Positions 45,501 to 54,711 of a DNA stretch of 64,000 nucleotides are shown here, piece by piece. The notes beneath the pieces are model-generated. The model ran no database searches and was not told where the DNA came from. It saw only the letters and a list, made by a program, of their open reading frames with translations. A program made the translations under genes and the position numbers. Source of the stretch: a virus. Where the stretch lies: positions 1-64,000 of the IMG/VR virus record IMGVR_UViG_3300036851_000411, one strand, 5' to 3'. Position 1 is the stretch's first letter. Each line of letters opens with the position of its first letter.

Positions 45501-46979
45501 CTCCGCAACGCCGCCGCGGCGGGCTCCGACGCTGCCAGGGTGACGGAACTCTACAACCTCAAGCTCAAGGCCCTCAACGACGAGGTGGCGCGCGCCGCGG
45601 CCAGCATCGGGGCCAACGTTGGCGCACGCGAAGCGTTGTTAGGCGGGCGGGGCGACGAGGCGCAGGGGATCGCTGCCAGGGAGACGGCCGCCGCCGCGCT
45701 GTTCGAAGCGCAAAAGCTCTATCAGGCCGGCACCATCAGCGAGGAGCTGTTCAAGCGACTCGCCGCCGTCATCGAGGGCGAGCTCAATCGCTCGCTCGAT
45801 CAGATCGCGCAGGAGGCGAAGCAGCGCGCTGGCGATCTCGAGGCGCGTCGGCTCACGGCGGCTGGCCAGACGCAGGAAGCCGACGCGCTCCGGTTCAAGC
45901 TCGCACAGGAGAAGGAACTCAACGACGCCGTCGCAGCCGGCACCTCGGCGGCGGAGATCGCCACGCTCCGATACGTGCAGGCGCTGGAGGCCGAGGCGTT
46001 CGCCAAGGCGCAGGCGCAGCAGAAAGCTGACGCCGCGGGCGAGTTCCAGGTGCGCGCACTGCTCGCGCAGGGCCGCACGCAGGAGGCCGACGCCATGCGG
46101 ATCCAGCTCGCCAACGAGAAGGAGCTGCGCGACGCGCGCGAGCTCGGCATCGAGTCGCTGGTGAAGGAGACGCAGGCGCTGGAAGCCGCCACGCGCGCTC
46201 GCGAGGCTGCTGCTGCCGCCGCCAACGCGCTGGCCGATCTCGAGATACGGAAGCTCCAGGCGGAGGGCCGAACCGCCGACGCCGATGCGCGACGGCTCGA
46301 TCTGCAGCAGGCGCAGGAGCGCGAGCAGTTCGCGAAACAGTTCGGCGAAGACTCGCCGGTCTTCAAGCAGCTGCTGGAAGTGCAGCGGTTGGAGAAGGAG
46401 CGAAAGACCGCCGAAGCCGCCAGCGCCCTTGCGGGGAGCACCAGCGCCGCTCCAGGCCCGAGTAATGGTGCCGTGGTGTCGAGTGGGTTCCAGGCGATCT
46501 CGCGCGAGGCGGGCGATCGGTTGGCCGACTACGGGCGGACCGCGCTCATCGTGTTCCGCGAAATCCGGCAGGATACGGCGACGCTCCCGAAACTGCTGGA
46601 CGCGTTCCGCGCCGGCCAGTTCCCGTTAGGGGGAGCGTTAGGCGGTCCGACGGCGGCACCCGCGGCGATCGCGCCGTCACCAGCTGCCAGTGCGTTCGCC
46701 CAGACTGCCACGACCGCCAGCCCGGGTTTTGTGTCCGCGTTCGGCGCGGGATCGACCGGAAGCACCGCTCCGCCGAGCACCGGCACGCACGGCCCGCTCA
46801 TCGGGCAGATCACATTCGACGTGGTGGTCGCCGCCGATGTGCCCGACGCGAAGGCGAAAGGGCAGGAGATCGCGGACGCCGCGCTGGAGCGCTTCATGGA
46901 GCGCATCGACGAAGGGCTCTTCGACCGTCTCGCTCGCCAGGACGCGGCGCGCGGTAGCACCACGCTGAGCATCCAATGA
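42594..46979 (+). CDS. Tape measure protein (probable CTG start)
   Basis: Ala-rich helical protein of about 1460 aa with tape-measure domain QLGQAF.S.RL.GDELRSVLEN.PRLA. Confidence 0.9.
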   Translation: MSTYTLNIAINAGPAQAGGQLVVRTLEEIKAAAQQTVAAVSQSNQLLGQILGAVQTGAQQGANGVKQLSAQVSALQRTMQSAWAVAKQWLAFAGIGLGVKQLIDYADGYRLVEGRIKLTTKSTDELRAVEAKLFEVANATRTSYAATADLYSKVARSSGELGISQRQVVTLTQAVGQALQISGASTGEATAATLQLGQAFSSARLSGDELRSVLENAPRLAKAVADGMGVTVGQLRTLGSQGKLTGEAVAKAILSQADALNREFKSVPLTIGQSFTVLGNYIQRYVGWSDRATGASALLARTIILLAHNVDLLANFAIYAGVVFLLYRNLTLLTAGMAIARVAVLALAAGNWAGVASTLGLTAAVNGLKAAIASTGIGLLLIAIGAIAVALYTWYQRTKQQKEALRELSDEIKKQKQASDSARASVLNEAAADQIRQQQQLEALRRSGPKALERVQNVQSDENAALEEGKRLYGEYVKKSEEAAQARGKAITVERDFTKALAGGNKEAQAFLLIAAETALRKRAVTTETELVTKAIEIQNDRLEKEADAWATVGQAVRQAQRDGAGLKTLTTAYQNAETRARAAAGASGGYALALGNELRAIENYVKEAERATEIGEAINGLSFDAAAIVTKEMNARYKLADALDEQTRKTKDLARLQAEAQNRQLKATLPSTPPKSAFAQANDAEEGDIAARIQARAQEMKLIVENVFRGMQESAAQFFLNVFTQGIRSFRDLFNSIRLLFLQMLAQLAAAKLVTKLRDTIRAQVGGVSEDGLTKIAPTSPGYGTAASKLGAAGQVAGAVGFVASIITGFGNTLAKSRDQAKYGGAALGFAAFGPVGALAGAALSLAGFDKKAKAAAKAMAEAQKEFARNLDSFVATAFGTGSGLADALRANQQARDELRKEANVALSGKKNEKVRNQQLEEIDTATKANAARLAKEFTDGIEAQINALTGKSDLNARAALEKEYAENLRNAAAAGSDAARVTELYNLKLKALNDEVARAAASIGANVGAREALLGGRGDEAQGIAARETAAAALFEAQKLYQAGTISEELFKRLAAVIEGELNRSLDQIAQEAKQRAGDLEARRLTAAGQTQEADALRFKLAQEKELNDAVAAGTSAAEIATLRYVQALEAEAFAKAQAQQKADAAGEFQVRALLAQGRTQEADAMRIQLANEKELRDARELGIESLVKETQALEAATRAREAAAAAANALADLEIRKLQAEGRTADADARRLDLQQAQEREQFAKQFGEDSPVFKQLLEVQRLEKERKTAEAASALAGSTSAAPGPSNGAVVSSGFQAISREAGDRLADYGRTALIVFREIRQDTATLPKLLDAFRAGQFPLGGALGGPTAAPAAIAPSPAASAFAQTATTASPGFVSAFGAGSTGSTAPPSTGTHGPLIGQITFDVVVAADVPDAKAKGQEIADAALERFMERIDEGLFDRLARQDAARGSTTLSIQ

Positions 46980-47107
46980 ACGGCGATCACGTGCTAGTCA
47001 TCCCGCCGATCGTACCTGCCGGCACGTCGATGGTCATCGCCATGGTGCACGACGGCACCGTCCTGTACGTCTACATCAACGGCAAGGAGGTGTTAGGCCA
47101 TGGCTGA
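46976..47107 (+). CDS. 43-aa ORF resembling a LamG strand pair
   Basis: ATGA-coupled to the tape measure gene; MVHDGTVLYVYINGKEV. Confidence 0.45.
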   Translation: MNGDHVLVIPPIVPAGTSMVIAMVHDGTVLYVYINGKEVLGHG

Positions 47108-47897
47108 CCTCCTGCTGAGTGACGTGGATGTGGCGAGCTTCGGCGTCACCGTCTCGGAGTGGGATGGTGTACTGCCGCCTCCCGACATTTCGTACGCGAC
47201 CGTTGCGATCCCGGGCGTGGAAGGGACCGTGCTCGAAAGCGATGAGCCGATCGTCGCAGCGCGCTCATTCCGGGTGAAGGGCGCGGTGGAAGCGGCGTCC
47301 GTCGCGGCGCTTGAGACCGCGGTGCGTGTGCTCCTGCGGTGGATCCACCATAAGCGGCTCGTCGGGATCCGCACTGGGCACGATGCGACGAAGGTTGCCT
47401 ACGGCCGGCTCACCAAGTGCGACTTTCCGAACTATCCGCACCAGCTCGTGCAGCCACTCGTGAAGGTCGACCTCACGCTGGAGTGCCACGACCCGCTCTG
47501 GTACGCGGTGACGCCGACGGCACTCGCGTTCACAACGGCCACGCAGGTGCCGTTAGGCAGCTGGCGCGTGCGGAAAGGCGTGGTCCGACTGACGGGCGTC
47601 CAGAACACGCCGACCGTGAGCATCACGGACTGGAATGACGTGGCCGTCTCGAGCTTCACCGTAGCGGACAGCGTGCCAGGCGCGAGCGACTACATCGAGG
47701 TCGACGGCGGCGCGCAGAGCTGCATCAAGAGCGTGAGCAGCGTCATCACGAACATCATCGATAAGTTCTCGGGCGCGATGCCGGTGATCGACATCGCGAA
47801 CGCCAAGGACGATTTCAGCGTGTGGCCGAAGATCGCGCGGACGGCCGTCTCGGGCACGCCGGCCGGGCTGTTTACGTACGCGCCGACCTGGCTCTAA
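47100..47897 (+). CDS. Distal tail protein (Dit)
   Basis: Position; IPGVEG and L.LECHDPLWY motifs. Confidence 0.75.
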   Translation: MADLLLSDVDVASFGVTVSEWDGVLPPPDISYATVAIPGVEGTVLESDEPIVAARSFRVKGAVEAASVAALETAVRVLLRWIHHKRLVGIRTGHDATKVAYGRLTKCDFPNYPHQLVQPLVKVDLTLECHDPLWYAVTPTALAFTTATQVPLGSWRVRKGVVRLTGVQNTPTVSITDWNDVAVSSFTVADSVPGASDYIEVDGGAQSCIKSVSSVITNIIDKFSGAMPVIDIANAKDDFSVWPKIARTAVSGTPAGLFTYAPTWL

Positions 47898-47911
47898 TGA
47901 GCGCGCGTTAG

Positions 47912-50900
47912 GTGCCAGCCGCTACGTCGAAGTTTCTGCACCTTGCCATCCGCGACAACCCGCGGTGCGTGAGCGGCTCGCTGCAGCTCGGGATCGACCA
48001 ACATCCTATCTCACTTCTCGAGGTCGAGCGCGACACCGACGAGGACGCGCTCACCTTTGAGCTCGCGTCGGACAGTCCGCTCCTCACGCTCGTTCGGGAG
48101 CGGCGCGTGGCGTCGGTCCACTATGCGGGCAATCCCGCGACCGATTTCGACGAGTGGCGCATCATCCAGCCAGCGCGCCAGCGGAAGGGCCCCGGCCGCC
48201 GCTGGGAAGTCGTCTGCGCGCCGATGGTGTGGGATCTGGCGCTCCCCGGCGTGCTCGTCGACCCGACGCTCTTTGGCGAGCAGCGGCAGGTCATCCGCTT
48301 CGCCGGAGCCACCGTCGAGGAAGCCTACGACGAGTTTGTCGCGCCGTTTCTCATCGACAAGGGCTACACGTGGATCGGGAAGGGGCTCATCGTCCCAACC
48401 ACGCCGCTCACGGACGCGCGCGCCTCCTTCGCCACGCCGCTCGAGTTCCTGCGGTTCTGTGCCGGTGCAGTCTCGACGCCAGAGATCACCTATATCGTGA
48501 GGCTCCGCCGGAACGGCGTCACGAACTATCTGGTCGACATCGTCGAGCGCGGCACCGATGCGGCCGGCGATCCGCTGCCGATCGCCGACGTGCGCTACGG
48601 GAAGAATCTGATCGACGCGCGCATCGAATCGGACGGCCGGGAAGTCGCGACCGATCTCGAGGCGAAGGGCACGGAGATCCCGATCACGGGCGGGTTCTAC
48701 ACGATCGCGCGCACGGGCTTCAAGATCACCGCGAAGTCAACCGACGTGTTGACGGTGGCGGACCCGGACCCCGATGGCGGGCCGATGATCCGCGAGGACG
48801 ACCAACTCGTCGGCCGCTATCTGCAGCCGACGAGCGCGGCGGTCCCGCCCAAGCTCATCACCGACTCCGACGCTACGGCGCAAACGCTCACGATGGCGAG
48901 TGGCGCGGGCGCATCGTTCGCGGTGAACGACATCGTCGAGCTGCGGGCCGATACGAGCGGCACCCTGGTCACGAGCCTCTCAAGCCCGGCCGCGCGCGCG
49001 CGGTATGCCGGCAGCATCATCACGCGCGTCGTCGAGCGATCGGACCTCACGGGCGAGCGGAACCTTCACCCGAACGCGTTTCTCCGCGACTACGCGAACT
49101 CGTCGAGCGTGGCGGACGGCTTCACCCTCACGAGGATCGACGCCGGGGGGGCCAACGGGACGATCGTGCGCGACAGCGACCCGACGTATGCCATGTTCGG
49201 GCCGTACACGATGCGGATGCGCAACAATTTCAAGGGCCTTGGCATCCAGGGGATTCCGTTCGGGGTCGCGGGGGCGCCTGGTGCGGATCGGATGAGCGTG
49301 ATGGTGCGCGTCGCGTTCCGATCATGGCAAAAGCCGAGCTGGATGCGGGTGACGCTCCTGCAGACCGTCCCGCTCGTGCTGGGGCTGCCGGTGGTGCTCG
49401 CGACGATCCTGCTGCAAACCCCGGATAATGCCTTTGGCGGCGTGTCGGTCATTCAGGGGTCGTTCAAGGACATCATCCTGCAGGACATCCCCATCCCCAC
49501 GAGCCCGATCACCTGCCGGGTCGATGTCGAGGCGGTGACGCCGAGCGACGAGCTCACGTTAGGCGCGTGGTACGATCTCCATGTCGGCCCGTACATGGTC
49601 GTGCAGTATGCGCGGGGGCCGGAGAGCTATAGCGAGTTCGGGAACGCGAACAAGCTGTATGCCGCGGTGCAAAAGGCGTTCGAGGCGGTGGTGCTGCCGA
49701 TCGACACGTACCGCGTGGGCGCGGTCGATTTCACGCGATTGGATGGCACCGCGTACCCGTACGATGCGCTCGTGCGGCATGCGCAACTCCGGGTCACCGA
49801 TGCGGGGCTCCTCGTGCCCAATGGGGAGCTGCTGCGCATCGCGGGCCTTGAGCGCGACAAGCTGGTCGAGACGAGCACGACACTCGTCCTCGCGTCGCGG
49901 CGGAAGACGCTCACCGAGACGCTCCGCGACTCCGTCGGTGGCGCGGGCACCATCACCATCACGAGCGCGACCGGCTCGGCGGCCACACCACCGCCGACCT
50001 CGACGCCGCCTCCGACGACGACGCCGCCCCCGGGCAGCGGCACGCCAGGCGGCGGCACGCCCGTCACGCCCGGCCCGTTGCCGGACCCGGGCGGTGTGGT
50101 CACCGGCGCCCCGGGCAATTTCAGCCTAACGATTGTCGGCGGGCCCGCGCTCGTCATCGATCCGGTCCCGGCCGTAGCGACGCGACCGCCGGAATGGGAT
50201 GTCTCGCCCAAGGCGCACAATTTCAAGAACGTGAAGTCCATCCGTGTCCAGGTGCCCGTGTTGTCGGCCGGCCCGGCGGACTCGCGGGTGGCGGTGCGCG
50301 CGTTGCTGTTTGATGGGGGCGCCTGGCGCTACTTCAATACCATCGAGTCGGCGCCGTGGGCACCCATCGACGCCGTCATCGAGGCGGACGGCGTCATCCT
50401 GCCGTCAACCGGCGCGTGGTTCACCCTGGACCCGGCGTTGCAAGTCGAGAACGTCATCCTCGAGCCGGTCACGGTCGGGGGCGATGACGCGTCGCCGGCC
50501 ACGTTAGGCAACGTCTACGTCGATTGCAGTTCGATCCTCATGCCGCCGTCGGGCGAGCTGGCCACGCCGGAAATCCCGACCGATGGACTCATCGCCTATT
50601 GGGAGCTCACGGAAGGCAGCGGGTCGTCGGTGGCGTCGAAAGACCCGGCGCCATCGGGCCCATCGCTCACGCTCGGGTTCACGACGGGCACCGAGTCAGA
50701 TCCGCGATTCGATCCGTCGTGGCAGACTGGCCCACGGCGTTTGCGGCCTGCTGGGTTCGACCTCGTGTATTCGGCATTTAGCCATCTCGCGAATATCCCA
50801 TCGTACGCTGCCGGCTCCGCGTGCTTCATGTACGTCGATGTCACGACCTTTGGAGGCTTGGCGAAATTCTTCATGGGCACGGGCAACTCGCCCTACGTCT

Positions 50901-51295
50901 ATCGGATGGGGGTCGACGGGTCGAATAAACTGTTCGCGCAAATTACCGAGGATTCGGGCGGGACACCGACACGCACGGCGACCGGCACGACGACCATTTC
51001 CAACGGATCGAAGCATCTCGTCGGATTCATTCACGACGGCACCAATCTCAAGGTTTACGTCGATCCCGTTGACGGACTACCCGAAGGCACTGTGGCGTGT
51101 GCGGCGGCGCTGTTCGACGCGACGACGGACCTCATCATCGGCGGTGGCGCCTATCCGCCAGGCGCCGGTCAGCCTGACAACTTCGATCATGGCGATGTGG
51201 TATACGCATCGGGCGCGGCGGTCGCGAACCTAACGCCCGATAAGATCGCGGAGCTCTACGCGAAGATGAAGCTCACCTACACGGCGCTCCCATGA
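47912..51295 (+). CDS. Baseplate hub/central tail fibre with Pro-rich linker and C-terminal LamG domain
   Basis: VRYGKNL hub motif; GLIAYWEL.EGSG...HDGTNLKVYVD. Confidence 0.75.
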   Translation: MPAATSKFLHLAIRDNPRCVSGSLQLGIDQHPISLLEVERDTDEDALTFELASDSPLLTLVRERRVASVHYAGNPATDFDEWRIIQPARQRKGPGRRWEVVCAPMVWDLALPGVLVDPTLFGEQRQVIRFAGATVEEAYDEFVAPFLIDKGYTWIGKGLIVPTTPLTDARASFATPLEFLRFCAGAVSTPEITYIVRLRRNGVTNYLVDIVERGTDAAGDPLPIADVRYGKNLIDARIESDGREVATDLEAKGTEIPITGGFYTIARTGFKITAKSTDVLTVADPDPDGGPMIREDDQLVGRYLQPTSAAVPPKLITDSDATAQTLTMASGAGASFAVNDIVELRADTSGTLVTSLSSPAARARYAGSIITRVVERSDLTGERNLHPNAFLRDYANSSSVADGFTLTRIDAGGANGTIVRDSDPTYAMFGPYTMRMRNNFKGLGIQGIPFGVAGAPGADRMSVMVRVAFRSWQKPSWMRVTLLQTVPLVLGLPVVLATILLQTPDNAFGGVSVIQGSFKDIILQDIPIPTSPITCRVDVEAVTPSDELTLGAWYDLHVGPYMVVQYARGPESYSEFGNANKLYAAVQKAFEAVVLPIDTYRVGAVDFTRLDGTAYPYDALVRHAQLRVTDAGLLVPNGELLRIAGLERDKLVETSTTLVLASRRKTLTETLRDSVGGAGTITITSATGSAATPPPTSTPPPTTTPPPGSGTPGGGTPVTPGPLPDPGGVVTGAPGNFSLTIVGGPALVIDPVPAVATRPPEWDVSPKAHNFKNVKSIRVQVPVLSAGPADSRVAVRALLFDGGAWRYFNTIESAPWAPIDAVIEADGVILPSTGAWFTLDPALQVENVILEPVTVGGDDASPATLGNVYVDCSSILMPPSGELATPEIPTDGLIAYWELTEGSGSSVASKDPAPSGPSLTLGFTTGTESDPRFDPSWQTGPRRLRPAGFDLVYSAFSHLANIPSYAAGSACFMYVDVTTFGGLAKFFMGTGNSPYVYRMGVDGSNKLFAQITEDSGGTPTRTATGTTTISNGSKHLVGFIHDGTNLKVYVDPVDGLPEGTVACAAALFDATTDLIIGGGAYPPGAGQPDNFDHGDVVYASGAAVANLTPDKIAELYAKMKLTYTALP

Positions 51296-51600
51296 GCAAT
51301 CGCGCTCGCCTGCTCGGGATCGAAAGCGCACCAACGGGCCAGCTCGAGGGCTGGGGCCAGTTGGCGAGCGGCGTGTGGGTGAAGGCGAGCGGCACGCCGA
51401 GCGCCGGCAAAGCGGTCGTGGTCAACGCGACCGGCGATGGCTTCGTGTGGGGCGCCGCCAGCGGGGGTAGCAGCGCAACGTCCGCTGCGCTCACGGCCGC
51501 GCTCCAGGTCGACGGGGATGCCCGGGTCCGAGAGTCGGCAGGCGGCGGCACCATCAACGAAGAACAAGTGGTCTTGCTCGCTCAATTCTACGGAGCCTAA
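51292..51600 (+). CDS. Minor tail protein
   Basis: Coupled ORF in the tail module. Confidence 0.55.
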   Translation: MSNRARLLGIESAPTGQLEGWGQLASGVWVKASGTPSAGKAVVVNATGDGFVWGAASGGSSATSAALTAALQVDGDARVRESAGGGTINEEQVVLLAQFYGA

Positions 51601-51603
51601 CGC

Positions 51604-51960
51604 ATGGCACTCGCGAAGCTGAAACTCTCAGGGTCCACGGATGGGAAGCCGATCAAGGTCGCGGCCACCGCGATCGGGTCCGGCACGACCATTCACACCG
51701 CGCAGTCGGGCACCTCGTTCCTCGATGAAATCTGGCTGTGGGTGTCGAATACCGACTCGGTTGAGCGCACGCTCACCATCGGGCACGGCGGCACGACGGA
51801 CCCGGATGACCTAACGCTCAAAGCCGTCACGATCGCCGCGAACTCTGGCCCACAATGCATCTCGCCAGGGCTCCCCCTGCAGAACTCCCTCATCGTGAAA
51901 GCCGCGGCGAGTGTGGCGAACGTGCTCACGATCACCGGCCACGTCAACCGGCAGAGCTAA
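51604..51960 (+). CDS. Minor tail protein
   Basis: LSGSTDGKPIKVAAT...DEIWLW...PGL.L..S..VKA; beta-rich. Confidence 0.6.
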   Translation: MALAKLKLSGSTDGKPIKVAATAIGSGTTIHTAQSGTSFLDEIWLWVSNTDSVERTLTIGHGGTTDPDDLTLKAVTIAANSGPQCISPGLPLQNSLIVKAAASVANVLTITGHVNRQS

Positions 51961-53066
51961 TGACCGGGCGTCGTGGGACTCCGTGGGATGAGCACCGACT
52001 GACGAACGTCGGGGCTGGTGCGGGCGTGTTCAAGCGAAAGACGGCCGGTGCGCTCGAGCTGCGCACGATCACCGGCGGGGTCGGCATCACCGTCACGGAG
52101 AACGCGAACGAGATCACGCTCGACACTGGTGGCGGCGGCGGCGGGACGTTCGACCCGAATTACACCGTCGCCGATGGCATCCGCCAATCGCCGTGGATTC
52201 CCGAGTTGCGCCGCATGGTGGTCGCGCGCCGTAACTCCGGCCTGATGGTGTTCGTTGATCCCGTCTTGAAAACGACGGAGGAACGCACCGCGCACGGCGC
52301 GACGACCGATGCAACGCCGACCTGTGCATACGACCCGACGAACTTCCAACTCTTTGTCAGCAACTACATCAACGGCGGAGGGACGAAGGTCCACGTCCTC
52401 GATCTCACCACGCTACAACGCATTGCCGAAATAACCGTTGGCACTGGCCCGCTCGGCATCGCCTGGTGCCCGACGAACGACTGCATCTACGTCGTCAACG
52501 TTTTTAGCAACTCTGTTTCGGTCATCAGCACATCGTCGCTCACAGTCGTGGCGACCGTAACAGTCGGGACGCTGCCCATTGGGATCTGTTATTGCCCCTC
52601 GAATGACTCGATGTACGTCGGGAACCGCACATCGAATTCTGTCTCGGTGATCGCCTGCTCGAGCAACACGGTCACGGCGACCATCACGTCGATGGGCGCG
52701 GCGGATTGCCCGTTCTACGTGCCGAGTAGTGACGAAGTCATCGTCACCGCAACAACGGCGAACGTTCACAAGTGGATCAATCCATCAACAAACGTCGCCA
52801 CGTCGCTCACGACGAACGGATTTAGCAATTGTCGTGGTGGCACCTACGTCCCGCCGACGGACGAATACTGGATGGCTGCCGGGAACGGTCGCTTTGAGGT
52901 CTACGATGCCGCGACCAATAATGCCGTCACGACCATCACGACGGCGGGGGTGGGCGCGCCTGCCTATTGTCCGATCACCGAGCAAGTCATCTATCGCGAT
53001 GAAGGGGAAAGCTATTGGGCGATTATTGATCCGGCGACTCGGAATATTGCCTACATGGGATTCTAA
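51960..53066 (+). CDS. YVTN/YncE-type beta-propeller tail fibre or receptor-binding protein
   Basis: Repeated YV.N..SNSVSVI...V.ATI.VG..P.GI blades; N-terminal NVGAGAGVFK...LELRTI. Confidence 0.8.
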   Translation: MTGRRGTPWDEHRLTNVGAGAGVFKRKTAGALELRTITGGVGITVTENANEITLDTGGGGGGTFDPNYTVADGIRQSPWIPELRRMVVARRNSGLMVFVDPVLKTTEERTAHGATTDATPTCAYDPTNFQLFVSNYINGGGTKVHVLDLTTLQRIAEITVGTGPLGIAWCPTNDCIYVVNVFSNSVSVISTSSLTVVATVTVGTLPIGICYCPSNDSMYVGNRTSNSVSVIACSSNTVTATITSMGAADCPFYVPSSDEVIVTATTANVHKWINPSTNVATSLTTNGFSNCRGGTYVPPTDEYWMAAGNGRFEVYDAATNNAVTTITTAGVGAPAYCPITEQVIYRDEGESYWAIIDPATRNIAYMGF

Positions 53067-53085
53067 CCATCCAACCGCCACCGCA

Positions 53086-53544
53086 ATGAACCCGACCAAT
53101 CTTGAGCTCGTGAGGTGGGTGCTCGGAGTCGCCGGGACGCTCGTTGTCACGGCGATCACCCTAGCGTGGCGCTTCCATCGTCACAGCATGAGCGAGGTAC
53201 GGCGATCGACGGAGGAAGCCGGGAAGCAAACCGCCGCCATCACGAAGATTTCGACCTTTCTCGAGGAGACGCTCCCTCTCAAGCTGGGTGAGGCGCAGAG
53301 CAACGTCGTAGACCGCGTCACGAAGAACTCGGACTTGGGATTCGAGCGAGTGAACGGCCGGATCGACGGCATCGATTCGATGTACCGAGGCCTCACCCGC
53401 GAGCTGGACGGCGCGAAGGGCGACATCAAGCGGCACGACGCGCAGCTCGACGACCACGCCCAACGGATCGAGCGCCTCGAGGAAACGCCCCTCAATCGCG
53501 TGCTGGGCTGGCCAGGCACGCAGGCGCCGCCGAAAGCCGACTGA
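53086..53544 (+). CDS. Holin-like/membrane coiled-coil protein
   Basis: Single N-terminal TM plus coiled coil, before the lysis genes. Confidence 0.5.
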   Translation: MNPTNLELVRWVLGVAGTLVVTAITLAWRFHRHSMSEVRRSTEEAGKQTAAITKISTFLEETLPLKLGEAQSNVVDRVTKNSDLGFERVNGRIDGIDSMYRGLTRELDGAKGDIKRHDAQLDDHAQRIERLEETPLNRVLGWPGTQAPPKAD

Positions 53545-53574
53545 TCGCCGACTGGCGCCCCAAAGAACATACCG

Positions 53575-53602
53575 TTGTGTCTATGTGATTATCGCATAGA
53601 TT
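53575..53602 (+). promoter_or_regulatory. Class I promoter/operator upstream of the lysis module
   Basis: TTGTGT-C-TATGTGATTATCGCA-TAGATT. Confidence 0.8.
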
Positions 53603-53609
53603 CAGCGGC

Positions 53610-54032
53610 ATGGTTCCCGAGAGCACGACCGTGCCGCGGGGGTGGCCAGACCCGCACAACACCCCGTGGGGCTACTTCATCGGCCATCCGAAGACGGAGT
53701 GGCTCTTCGGTGACGACGGGGACCGGATGCGGCTCTGTCAGGACTTCGCGTACTGGGACCGCCGGTCGATCCGCTGGGTCGCGCGCGAAGGGCTGGAATT
53801 CGACGGCGCCAGCAAGCCGCGGTTCTTGTGGTGGGGCGGGGGACCGTACGAGGGCCGCTATCGTCGTGCGGCGATCATCCACGACGCGCTCTATCACGAC
53901 CGCCGCGTCGATCGCGCCACGGCGGACCGCGTCTTCTACGAGGGCATGCGCGCGGATGGCGTGAGCGCGACGCGCGCGCTCCTCTACTACTGGGCCGTCC
54001 GCTGGTTCGGCCCGCGGTGGGAGCCCGAGTGA
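53610..54032 (+). CDS. DUF1353 protein
   Basis: G..FDGAS.PR..W...AAIIHDALY...ADRVF.E.M...GV...AVR.FG. Confidence 0.85.
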   Translation: MVPESTTVPRGWPDPHNTPWGYFIGHPKTEWLFGDDGDRMRLCQDFAYWDRRSIRWVAREGLEFDGASKPRFLWWGGGPYEGRYRRAAIIHDALYHDRRVDRATADRVFYEGMRADGVSATRALLYYWAVRWFGPRWEPE

Positions 54033-54709
54033 CGACGGCGCATGCGTTCCCGACCTTTCGCGTGCTCGCGCCGGAGCTCCGGCCGCGGCGGTTGCAGCTG
54101 GCGTCGCGCCACTGGCCGGTGCCAGGGCGATGGCTCCGACCGCAAGGGCAGGGGCTGCCCGACCCGAACTGCACGCAGCTCCAGAAGAACATCGTGCTGC
54201 GCATGCACGTCGATCTGGACGAGCTGGAGCAACCGTTAGGCAGCAATTGCTCGCCGTACGTCAACGAGCTGAAAGTCTGGGCGGGGTTCGGCGCCACGGA
54301 GGACGTGCCGTGGTGCGCGATCTGGGTCGCGCGGGTGTGGGTCGACGCCGGAGCGACGGTGCCACGCGACTTCGCGTCAGTCGACAACTGGCTGCCGTAC
54401 CTGGTGCCGTTCGACAGCCTCTCGCCGCGCCAGCGCGTTGGTTGTGCGATCGCCTACGGGAAACGCGGAGCCGGTGACCCGAGCGCGGACGTGGCGGACA
54501 TGCGGCGGCGCGGGTGGGACGGCAAGCACCTCGAGCTCATCAAGCGCGAGCACCCGGAGCTGACACTCGTGCAGGGCGGGAACCGCGGGTACGCGGGCCT
54601 CGTCGGCAAGCTCGATCTCGGTCCGAACACCAACAACGGGTTCGCGATCGATTCGGCGCCGCTCGTCCGCACCGACGTGCTCGGGCTGATCATCCCGGCG
54701 GCGGCCTAA
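54029..54709 (+). CDS. CHAP/NlpC-like endolysin
   Basis: E.P.GSN, PWCAIWV, H-x-E-L, VQGGN. Confidence 0.65.
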   Translation: MTTAHAFPTFRVLAPELRPRRLQLASRHWPVPGRWLRPQGQGLPDPNCTQLQKNIVLRMHVDLDELEQPLGSNCSPYVNELKVWAGFGATEDVPWCAIWVARVWVDAGATVPRDFASVDNWLPYLVPFDSLSPRQRVGCAIAYGKRGAGDPSADVADMRRRGWDGKHLELIKREHPELTLVQGGNRGYAGLVGKLDLGPNTNNGFAIDSAPLVRTDVLGLIIPAAA

Positions 54710-54711
54710 CG

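Noticed and set aside
22493-49428. Numerous long alternative-frame ORFs (e.g. 22493-23944, 26087-27328, 34302-35558, 36145-37383, 48154-49428)
   Set aside because: Shadow ORFs typical of high-GC DNA; they overlap well-supported genes and carry no recognisable motifs.
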